From the NCBI GenBank assembly GCA_964355075.1, contig CAYHCF010000004.1, forward strand, positions 952 through 64,951: 64,000 nt of DNA, in the 5' to 3' direction. The notes below the pieces were generated by a model. That model made no database searches, had not been told where the DNA came from, and worked only from the letters and a program-made list of their open reading frames with translations. The translations under genes were made by a program, and so were the position numbers. Source of the DNA: an uncultured Chitinophaga sp. GTDB taxonomy: Bacteria; Bacteroidota; Bacteroidia; UKL13-3. Of this stretch, positions 1 to 8,800 are shown piece after piece (within the stretch, counting starts at the first letter, position 1; every line of letters begins with the position of its first letter).

Positions 1-1
1 T

Positions 2-361
2 GCGGAACAAGAAATTCCTTTTCTGACAATTCAACCTGATGTTTCGGCAAAGACCAGCAGACAGGATTTTTTCTTTGAGGTCTTAATTACTCATGCCGTT
101 GATACCACCAAACGAAATTTTTATAAAATCGGAGAGTATAAAAGCGTTGAGATTAATTTGAAGAATTATTCTTTCACGACAGTTGAGAACCTTCGAAACG
201 ACATCTTTAACAACAGCGACTTCAACGAAACTATTTTTTGGGAAAAAGAATTATTAAAAGAAAAAAGCTCTGATAATAGTTTCATTTACTTTTTGCTTTT
301 CATTATTGGTTTGGTGACATTTGGATTAGTTTCAAATTCTAAAAGACGGAGAAAAAGATAA
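2..361 (+). CDS. Hypothetical protein, 3' fragment (5' end lies outside the window), C-terminal TM anchor
   Basis: Frame 2 is open from position 2 to the stop at 359-361. The listed ORF 158-361 is only its tail. The C-terminus has one hydrophobic helix (FIYFLLFIIGLVTFGLV) followed by RRRKR. No family recognised. Confidence 0.4.
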   Translation, partial: AEQEIPFLTIQPDVSAKTSRQDFFFEVLITHAVDTTKRNFYKIGEYKSVEINLKNYSFTTVENLRNDIFNNSDFNETIFWEKELLKEKSSDNSFIYFLLFIIGLVTFGLVSNSKRRRKR

Positions 362-403
362 TAACCTTAATATTGTTTGAGTTAATAAAATACCTTTAGC
401 CCC

Positions 404-1861
404 ATGTTCGAACAAACCTTCAAAAATATAGACGATATTCTCCATAAGGATGCCGGGTGTAGCAGTGAGTTGGATTATGTGGAGCAGACTTCCTGGATAC
501 TGTTTCTAAAGTACCTGCAAGACCTGGAGGCTGAAAGGCATACACGGGCAGAACTGGCTGGAAAGGATTATGAATACCTGATCAAGAAAGAATACCGCTG
601 GGAGGTTTGGGCCGCTCCAAAGAATAAAGATGGTAAAATAGACCACAACAAGGCTCCTTCCGGTGATGATTTATTAGACTTCGTTAACCAAAAGTTGTTT
701 CCTTATCTAAAGAAATTTAAAACAGATGCTGCCTCACCGGATTCGCTTGAATACAAAATTGGGGAGGTTTTCAGTGAGTTGAAAAACCGGATTCAGAGTG
801 GTTATAATCTCCGTGAGGTCATTAACCTGATTGACCAGCTCCGGTTTCAAACCCATGCAGAAAAGCATGAAATGAGTCACCTTTATGAGGACAAGATAAA
901 GAACATGGGCAATGCTGGGCGCAACGGTGGTGAGTATTACACGCCCCGTCCGCTGATTAAAACCATTGTGAAGGTGGTTGACCCTGAGTTGGGGCAAACC
1001 ATTTACGATGGTGCAGCCGGGTCCGCAGGCTTCCTTGTGGAGGCTTTTGAATACCTCAAGCATAAATACCCACACCGTTCCACAGCACAGGAAAAAACAC
1101 TTCAGACCAAAACCTTTTACGGCAAGGAAAAGAAATCGCTGGCCTATATCATTGGCATCATGAACCTGATCCTGCATGGTGTGGAGGCACCCAATATCAT
1201 TCATACCAATACGCTGAGCGAGAACCTTGCGGACATTCAACAAAAAGACCGCTATGATGTAATTCTGGCTAATCCTCCTTTTGGCGGTAAGGAAAGAGCC
1301 GAGGTTCAACAGAACTTTCCGGTGAAATCAAGCGAAACGGCATATTTGTTTCTCCTGCATTTTATGAAGATTATGAAAGCCGGAGGCAAGGGTGCTGTGG
1401 TTATAAAGAATACTTTCCTGAGCAATTCAGATACCGCTTCGGTGAGTATTCGCAAAATGTTGTTGGACCAATGCAACCTGCATACTGTACTCGACCTTCC
1501 CGGTGGTACCTTTACCGGTGCCGGAGTAAAAACGGTGGTATTGTTTTTTGAGAAGGGAGCTCCAACCAAGAAGATTTGGTACTATCAGTTGAACCTCGAC
1601 CGCAATCTGGGTAAAACCAATGCCCTGAATGAAAAAGACCTTGCCGACTTCGTCCTCCGTAGCAAAGCGAAGGAGGAGAGTGAAAATTCCTGGAGCATAA
1701 AAGTGGCTTCAATAGACCCAGCCACCTTTGATTTGAGTCCAAAGAATCCCAACAAAAAAGAAGAGGCAGCACTTCGTTCGCCAAAGGATATTCTCAAACA
1801 AATGAAGGCGCTGGATAAAGAAACAGAGGAAGTATTGAACGCTATTATGAAGTTGATATGA
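404..1861 (+). CDS. hsdM: Type I restriction-modification system DNA methyltransferase subunit M (N6-adenine)
   Basis: 485 aa. SAM motif I 'DGAAGSAGFL' and catalytic motif IV 'NPPFGG'. HsdM N-terminal-like 'EQTSWILFLKYL'. The stop overlaps the next start (ATGA at 1858-1861). Confidence 0.95.
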   Translation: MFEQTFKNIDDILHKDAGCSSELDYVEQTSWILFLKYLQDLEAERHTRAELAGKDYEYLIKKEYRWEVWAAPKNKDGKIDHNKAPSGDDLLDFVNQKLFPYLKKFKTDAASPDSLEYKIGEVFSELKNRIQSGYNLREVINLIDQLRFQTHAEKHEMSHLYEDKIKNMGNAGRNGGEYYTPRPLIKTIVKVVDPELGQTIYDGAAGSAGFLVEAFEYLKHKYPHRSTAQEKTLQTKTFYGKEKKSLAYIIGIMNLILHGVEAPNIIHTNTLSENLADIQQKDRYDVILANPPFGGKERAEVQQNFPVKSSETAYLFLLHFMKIMKAGGKGAVVIKNTFLSNSDTASVSIRKMLLDQCNLHTVLDLPGGTFTGAGVKTVVLFFEKGAPTKKIWYYQLNLDRNLGKTNALNEKDLADFVLRSKAKEESENSWSIKVASIDPATFDLSPKNPNKKEEAALRSPKDILKQMKALDKETEEVLNAIMKLI

Positions 1862-2739
1862 AGAAGGGATTATTAATGGAAAATAAAACGGATTTTAAAG
1901 AGGAAATAGTTTTATATCAACTTGATGAAAATACGACACACATAGATGTCAAGGTAGAAAAAGATACCGTTTGGCTCAATCGTCAACAAATTGCTTATTT
2001 GTTTGATAGAGATATAAAAACGATAGGTAAGCATATTGCCAATGTGTTATTAGAAGAATTAGCCGGAGTTTCAGTTGTCGCAAAATTTGCGACAACTGCA
2101 TCTGACGGAAAAACCTACCAAACCGAGCATTATAATCTTGATGTTATTATTTCTGTTGGATACCGGGTAAAATCGCAACGAGGTATTCAGTTCAGAATAT
2201 GGGCAAATAAAGTATTAAAGGACCACCTTCTAAAAGGATATTCTATAAATACGCGTATGAACCGAATGGAAGACAATATGCAAAACCTGATTCACAAGGT
2301 AAATGAAATTGACTTACAAATAAGCACCCACTTAATACCTACTCAGGGTGTGTTTTTCAATGGACAGGTCTTTGATGCTCACCAATTGATTTCTAAAATT
2401 ATTCGCTCAGCCAAAAAATCTATTTTGTTAATTGACAATTATGTGGACGATACAGTATTGGTTCAATTAAGTAAGAAGCAAAAGAATGTGCAGGTAATCA
2501 TCTTTACAAAAAGCATCAGCAAGCAATTGGAATTGGACGTAAAAAAAGCAAACGAGCAGTACCCAAACATACTCATAAAGGAATTTAAAGAAAGCCACGA
2601 CCGCTTCCTAATCATTGATGAGAAGGAAGTCTATCACCTTGGAGCGTCTTTAAAAGACCTCGGTAAAAAATGGTTTGCCTTTTCCAAATTGGAAAAAGAG
2701 TCGGTTACTATTTTGAACGCAATAAAGAAGCTGATATGA
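1858..2739 (+). CDS. RhuM-family protein with a PLD/HKD-like C-terminal half
   Basis: 293 aa. The N-terminal half has the RhuM-type signature (...YNLDVIISVGYRVKSQRGIQFRIWANKVLKDHLLKGY). The C-terminal half (approx nt 2344-2736) reads like a single-HKD PLD module: 'AKKSILLIDNYVDDTVLVQL..VQVIIFT' and 'HDRFLIIDEKEVYHLGASLKDLG'. Translationally coupled to hsdM. Confidence 0.8.
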   Translation: MKKGLLMENKTDFKEEIVLYQLDENTTHIDVKVEKDTVWLNRQQIAYLFDRDIKTIGKHIANVLLEELAGVSVVAKFATTASDGKTYQTEHYNLDVIISVGYRVKSQRGIQFRIWANKVLKDHLLKGYSINTRMNRMEDNMQNLIHKVNEIDLQISTHLIPTQGVFFNGQVFDAHQLISKIIRSAKKSILLIDNYVDDTVLVQLSKKQKNVQVIIFTKSISKQLELDVKKANEQYPNILIKEFKESHDRFLIIDEKEVYHLGASLKDLGKKWFAFSKLEKESVTILNAIKKLI

Positions 2740-3198
2740 GTTTAATGCAAATAAATTTGACCCCAATTATAAACCGAAATTTAGAACCGGTCGCAATTTG
2801 CGACCAGTTTAAAGGGATTAGGAAATTTTCCGTGCAGTCTAATGAAAAGCTTCAAAGATTATTAGAATCCCAATTAAATTCAAACAATGACTGATATGAT
2901 CAAATATCCATCAGCTTTAATTTTCAGATCCTTACTTTTATTGAAAATTTGCTCAAAGATCGTGTAAAACTCATTGTTATTTGTGCGTGCAGTAAGTTCA
3001 GGTCTCATAACACTTGCTGTCTTTTTAAGTATTCCGATAATCTTAGATTCATATTCTGCTTTTTTCATAAACCAAAATTGGGGTTGCATTCAATATTTGC
3101 AAGAAACAAATTAAAACTAAATCCCATTTATAAACTAAACCGAAGTATTTTGCTTATATGAAGACTATTTTTTGATTTTAATTTCTTATATTTGATAA

Positions 3199-3723
3199 GT
3201 GAAGAAACAGAAACAAATATTGGTGGACATTGAAGTTGACAAGCTTACCAACTCCATTGAAAATGCGGTTTCGGGAGACGTTTTTGACACCAATGTTTTT
3301 CAACTAAGTGCTCAGGACACCAAACAAATTAACAAAACTCATTGGCTATTTCAGTGGCAAGGCCAACTAAAACTTAATGACCGAGAGGTATATAAACTCT
3401 TTATCAAGGACAATCCAAAGATCATTCAAGGCCTAATTAGTTTGAGCGACTTCGGCGACCATATTTACATGCACTTAATTGAAAGTGCAAAATTTAACAA
3501 GGGGAAAAACAAATTGTACGCTGGTGTTCCTGGAAATTTAGTAGCATTTGCTTGCAAACTTTCTTTCGAAAAAGAGTATGACGGCTACGTTGCATTTGAT
3601 GCGAAAACGGTTTTAATTAAGCATTACCAAGAGACCCTTTTTGCAACTCATTACAAGGGGACAAAGATGATGATTGAAACCTCTGGGGCCAATAGGTTAA
3701 TTAAACAATATTTTAATAAATAA
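3199..3723 (+). CDS. Hypothetical protein, probable GNAT (acetyltransferase) fold
   Basis: 174 aa, GTG start. The C-terminal two-thirds resembles the GNAT core (HLIESAKFNKG..YAGVPGNLVAFACKLSFEKEYDGYVAFDAK..LIKHY). The canonical R/Q-x-x-G-x-G/A acetyl-CoA loop is not obvious. Confidence 0.5.
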   Translation: MKKQKQILVDIEVDKLTNSIENAVSGDVFDTNVFQLSAQDTKQINKTHWLFQWQGQLKLNDREVYKLFIKDNPKIIQGLISLSDFGDHIYMHLIESAKFNKGKNKLYAGVPGNLVAFACKLSFEKEYDGYVAFDAKTVLIKHYQETLFATHYKGTKMMIETSGANRLIKQYFNK

Positions 3724-3727
3724 TACA

Positions 3728-3922
3728 ATGGGACTAATCAGAGAGCCAAAAAATGTTGACTTTTATGTTCTGGACAAACCGTGGACCGAAGAGGAAAAAA
3801 GAGAGTTCAGTGCATTTATTAAATTGAGGAAAGAACAAAGGAAAAACCGTACTTCAAAATCGCGAACTAAATCCAATCCCATTCTAGGGCCAAGGGCCAA
3901 ATCAAAAAAGGTGATGGCATAA
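3728..3922 (+). CDS. Small basic hypothetical protein
   Basis: 64 aa. Starts 4 nt after the stop of the preceding gene. Structured-looking N-terminal 35 aa, then a Lys/Arg/Ser-rich tail. Confidence 0.45.
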   Translation: MGLIREPKNVDFYVLDKPWTEEEKREFSAFIKLRKEQRKNRTSKSRTKSNPILGPRAKSKKVMA

Positions 3923-4130
3923 AAAAGACAGTTGAGCCTCCGTGTGAAACGCCAACCTTAAACAGGTTGTAATTGCTATGGCTGTTTTGCGATAATTTGG
4001 TGCTTTACATTTCTTGCATTTATTTGTTTGGGGGGCAATGAAGTGGCACCACAACAGCCACAGCAGTTGCACGGAAACCGTTGTGCAGCATGCTAAGGAA
4101 ACCGTTTCGCAAATTAACAATGAGTTTAAA

Positions 4131-4838
4131 ATGGAAAATATCGTAGACAAAATTCGAACTAAATTAAATCAGAGTATTGACGAAAAAACTCAAACGACAA
4201 GTCAAAATTTCTTCAAAGAAAAGATTAAGTTATATGGAGTCAAGGTTCCAACTGTAAACAAGATTAGTAAGGAGTATTTTAAACTGATTGATTTCAAGCC
4301 AAAATCCGAAATATTTGACCTTTGCGAGATTTTATGGCAATCAGGATTTATTGAAGAATCCATCATTGCATGCCATTGGTCATATTATGTTCATAAAAAA
4401 TACGAACCAAAAGACATCCAAATATTTGAGAGATGGATTTGTGAATATGTAAATAATTGGGCTTCATGTGATACGCTTTGTAATCATACAGTTGGCAAAT
4501 TCATTGAGATGTATCCTGAGTATTTATTAAGGTTGAAGGACTTTGCCAAATCAGACAATAGATGGATGCGCCGAGCTTCATCTGTGACTTTGATTATACC
4601 AGCCAGAAAGGGAAAATTTCTCAAAGAAATTTTAGAAATTGCAAATATTTTGCTTTTGGATAAAGATGATTTAGTTCAAAAAGGGTATGGATGGATGTTA
4701 AAAGCTGCTAGTGAAGCAAACCAAAGAGAAATATTTGAATATGTGATTAAAAACAAATCTATTATGCCTCGTACAGCATTACGATACGCAATTGAAAAAA
4801 TGCCAAAAGATTTGAAATATAAGGCTATGGAGAGGTAA
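4131..4838 (+). CDS. DNA alkylation repair protein (AlkD-like HEAT-repeat family)
   Basis: The family-typical N-terminus begins at the in-frame ATG at 4131 (MENIVDKIRTKLN..). Typical blocks: 'NNWASCDTLC', 'SDNRWMRRASSVTLI', 'DDLVQKGYGWMLK'. The 39 codons upstream (4014-4130) look non-coding. Confidence 0.8.
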   Translation: MENIVDKIRTKLNQSIDEKTQTTSQNFFKEKIKLYGVKVPTVNKISKEYFKLIDFKPKSEIFDLCEILWQSGFIEESIIACHWSYYVHKKYEPKDIQIFERWICEYVNNWASCDTLCNHTVGKFIEMYPEYLLRLKDFAKSDNRWMRRASSVTLIIPARKGKFLKEILEIANILLLDKDDLVQKGYGWMLKAASEANQREIFEYVIKNKSIMPRTALRYAIEKMPKDLKYKAMER

Positions 4839-5113
4839 ATTTGCTTCATGACAAGGACAATAATGATAAGTGAAAAGCACGACGGCACACCAAAGGCTAT
4901 AATCAATATGGGTTTCAGTGGTAATTCAAGCGTTCTGCCCCGCTCAAACTTCGGTGTAACTGGACAGGTAAGGGTCCCACAATCCCTACTGCATATAGCC
5001 TCGACCGATGCTGTCAGAGTGTGAAAAAACTAATTCATGAGAGTAAAATATACGGATGGGTATCTTGGAAATTTTGTACTATTGGAATCTAAATGCTATC
5101 ATTTTGAGTTAAT

Positions 5114-5767
5114 TCATGACATGTCAAAATCCCTTACAAACTGATTATACTTCTTTTCGTGCCCGATGGTTGTGGAGGGGCCATGCCCTGAAAATACAGT
5201 GGTTTTGTCGGGCAGGGTATATAGTTTTGTACGGATACTATCGGCTAAAAGATCATAATCGCCCCCGGGTAAATCGGTTCGTCCTATACTTTCTTTAAAC
5301 AAAACATCTCCCGAAATTAATAAATGGGTGGCCTCATGAAAAAAACTTAAGGAGGCAACGGAATGCCCGGGGGTAAACAGAATTTTTAATTTTGTATCGC
5401 CTAAGATCAGGTCATCTCCTTCATCTATAAAAATCCGCTTTTCGGGAATTTGAAAAGAAGGCATCCCAAACATAGCAGCCCAGCGATCCGTATCCTGATA
5501 CGTTTCCATTTCTCCCTCATGCATATGCAGTGGAAGTTTGTATTGATCTACAATAAAACCATTCCCTAAAATATGATCTATATGGCAATGCGTATTTAAC
5601 AATAAGGCAGGTTTCAGCTGATATTCTTTGATGAATCCGGTTAATTGCAATTGTTCATCGGTTTTATAACAACCCGGGTCAATAATGGCGCAGGATAAGG
5701 TTTGATCCCAAATGATATAGGTGTTTTCCTGAAAATCATTAAATACGAAACTCTTGATTTTTAACAT
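5114..5767 (-). CDS. MBL-fold metallo-hydrolase (glyoxalase II-like)
   Basis: 'HCHIDHILG' (HxHxDH), then 'TPGHS' and 'GDVLF'. Start chosen at the MLKIKSFVFNDF.. ATG (5767). An in-frame ATG at 5788 is an alternative. Confidence 0.85.
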   Translation of the reverse strand: MLKIKSFVFNDFQENTYIIWDQTLSCAIIDPGCYKTDEQLQLTGFIKEYQLKPALLLNTHCHIDHILGNGFIVDQYKLPLHMHEGEMETYQDTDRWAAMFGMPSFQIPEKRIFIDEGDDLILGDTKLKILFTPGHSVASLSFFHEATHLLISGDVLFKESIGRTDLPGGDYDLLADSIRTKLYTLPDKTTVFSGHGPSTTIGHEKKYNQFVRDFDMS

Positions 5768-5871
5768 GGGCGCAAAGGTCATAAACAAGGTTCAATTTCT
5801 TTCCTGTTATTTTAAAATATTTTCAACTCAGTCTTTATATTTTCAGTCATTTTTATGGAGATTTCAATTTT

Positions 5872-8800
5872 TTGTTGGTTTCTCATAAAAAAAATCTAAC
5901 TTCTTTGCCATTTTTTCAGCAAATTTGGTGTATTATATTGACTTTGAAAAAGCATATTTTCTATTTCTGTTTCGTTATTGGGTTCCTTTTCTTCGGTTCA
6001 GGAAAATTACGGGCTCAGGGCATCAATACTATTTTTGGACAAAACCGGATGCAGTATGGTCGCTTTGAATGGAGCTTTCTGAGAACCGAAAATTATGATG
6101 CCTTTTTTTATTCGGGAGGAAGAGAACTGGCAAGTTTTTGCGCCAAATTTGCCGAACAAAACCTAAGTTCGATCGAAAAAGCAATTGACCATCGTTTAAG
6201 TGGCCGGATTGAAATCATATGCTATAATACCCTCACCGATTTTAAACAAAGTAATTTTGGACTGGAAGAAGTGGCACTCAATACCGGTGGTTATACCAAT
6301 GTGGTGAATAACAGGGTTTGCATATATTTTAACGGCAATCACGCCGATTTAATCAGGCAATTAAAGGATGGTATTTCTTTGGTTTTGTTAAATGAATTAT
6401 TATACGGCGGATCGCTTCAGGATCGTCTTCAGAATGCAGCATTATTAAATTTGCCACAATGGTATTTGCGGGGTTTAACTTCATTTTTGTCGCAGCCCTG
6501 GGATGTTGATTTGGATAATAGAATGAAGGACTTAATACGTGGTAAAAAGCCCTTTAAGTTTAATCGCTTGTGTCAGAAAGATCCGGTATTTGCCGGGCAT
6601 GCACTCTGGAAATACCTGGCTGATAAGTATGATCCCGATGTGATTGCGAATATGATCTACATAACCCGCCTGACCCGAAATTATGAAAGCGCGTTTATGT
6701 ATGTAACCAATCTTGATTTTAAGGACATTCAAACAGATTTTCTGGAATATTACCAGGGCCTTTACAACCGGGAAGATAACCTCAGAGACTTACCGGGCGA
6801 CCAATTTAAGATCAAACGACGTATTGCGCAATACATTCAGCCGGAAATGAAAGCAAGCCCGAAAGGTAATAATATCGCCTTTACTACGAATAAAAACGGG
6901 AAATTCAAAATTTGGTTGTTAAATACAAAAACGGGCAAAACAAAAAGGATTTATTCGGGAGGTAATAAATATAACCAGTTAATCATTGATCAATCGTTTC
7001 CTTTGTTGGCTTGGCTTGCGGGTGGCGATAAATTAGGTTATGTGTATGAACGCAAGGGGCAGGTTTTTTTACGTATGGTTGATCTGATTAATAAGAAAAA
7101 AGAAACCATTCGCTTCTTAAAATTTGATAAAATAACAGGAATTGATTTTAGCGAAAATGGAAGAACCATCGTATTATCAGCCATCCGAAAAGGCCAAAGT
7201 GATATTTATACCTACGATATTCTCAGTAAAAAGGAACGTCAGCTTACCTCAGATTTTTATGATGATTTGTATCCAAGGTTTGTGGACTATTCTACCAAAA
7301 TAATATTCAGCTCAAACCGAAAACAAGACTCTCTGGGAGTTGCCCTTAAAACGGTTATTGATGAAGATAATAATCTGGATCTTTTTATGTATGACCTGGA
7401 GACCAATAGCCGAAAATTAAAACGCCTTACCCATACACCCGGTTTAAATGAAATTCAACCTATTGATTATAATAAAAAATATTATGCCTACCTGAGCGAA
7501 TATAACGGAATTAAGAATAGGTATGCGGTAAGGCTTGAAGAAGAATATGATTATACCGAACTGCAGGTAAAATATTTTGATAGCAGCTCCAAAGAAACGG
7601 ACATCCTCGTTTATACTGAGGTTCCGGAATGGAAGGGGAATAACTTTGTGTATAAAGGAAAACAAATTAACCTGAACCAACAGGTTGAAAAAATCGATAC
7701 CCTCATTCACAATAAAGACATTGTTTATACGTATCCGCTCACCAATTACAAACGAAATATTTTAGCCCATGATATTTCGGTTCAGGGTAAAATGGTTTAT
7801 GAATTGGTGATGGATGACGGAAAATATTACATCAAGTATTCTCCAATCATAAAAAATGTAGAAGAGGAATCAAAAAATATTGAAACCTATCCGAATATGT
7901 TCAGATTAAAAACCGGGATTGCCAATAAACCATTTGTGTCGGGGCCGGTTGTATTTAAACCGGATAAGGCTAATATGGAAGAGGTGAGTACAGAAACAGA
8001 AGTAAAAATTCCGGTTGATACCAATGCCTTCTTTTTTGTGAATGAGTTTACGGAACCTGATTTTAAAAGACCCCATTTTATCCTGATTCCTAAAACCGGA
8101 ATAAACCCGAATGCGAAAAAGAATATTAAGATAAATGCCCCCCGGTTCTATGATGTAACCTTTTTCACCGATAAGGTAATTACCCAGATTGATAACAGCA
8201 TCATCAATACCTATTATCAACCCATTTCACCCGCAGCGGAACATATGTTTAATCCGGGAATAAATGGTATGTTTAAGTTGGGTATGATTGATTTATTTGA
8301 AGATTATCGTATCGTGGGTGGTGTTCGATTGGCTTTTGACCTTTCGGGTGTTGATTATTTTGCCAGTTTTGAAAACCTGAAAAAGAAATTAGACCAGAAG
8401 TTTGTGTTTTATCGTCAGAGTAAAGGAGGAGGCAGCCCTGAGGGATTAAGTTATAAAAGTCTTTCACATGAGTTCAGGTATATCCTGAAAATTCCTTTTG
8501 ATCCGATAAATAGTTTCCGAATCAGTACGTTTTATCGTCAGGACAGAGAAATTACCAGAACAACTACGGTGGCAACACTCGACTCGGGGGATGTGGTAAA
8601 TAACTGGGTTGGGTTTAAACTCGAATATGTTTTTGATAATACCATTCCCAAAGGATTGAATTTATGGAATGGTACCCGATTTAAGATTTTTTATGAGCAT
8701 TACATGAATGCAAATGATTTTGATGTTCAGCTAAACACCCTTGGTTTTGATTTCAGGCATTACGAAAAAATTCACAGGCAAATAATCTGGGCAACGCGGG

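Noticed and set aside
734-1797. Several 60-190 aa ORFs antisense to or out of frame with hsdM (734-1309, 978-1163, 1306-1569, 1512-1784, 1585-1797)
   Set aside because: They lie entirely inside a gene with unambiguous methyltransferase motifs, and their translations have no recognisable features. They are shadow ORFs.
2880-3089. 69-aa minus-strand ORF between the RhuM-family gene and the GNAT-fold gene
   Set aside because: I could not recognise any motif, promoter or family. It may be a gene remnant. It is mentioned in a finding but not called as a feature.
4014-4130. N-terminal 39-codon extension of the AlkD-like ORF
   Set aside because: The extension (MHLFVWGAMKWHHNSHSSC..) has no family resemblance. 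The conserved N-terminus begins at ATG 4131.
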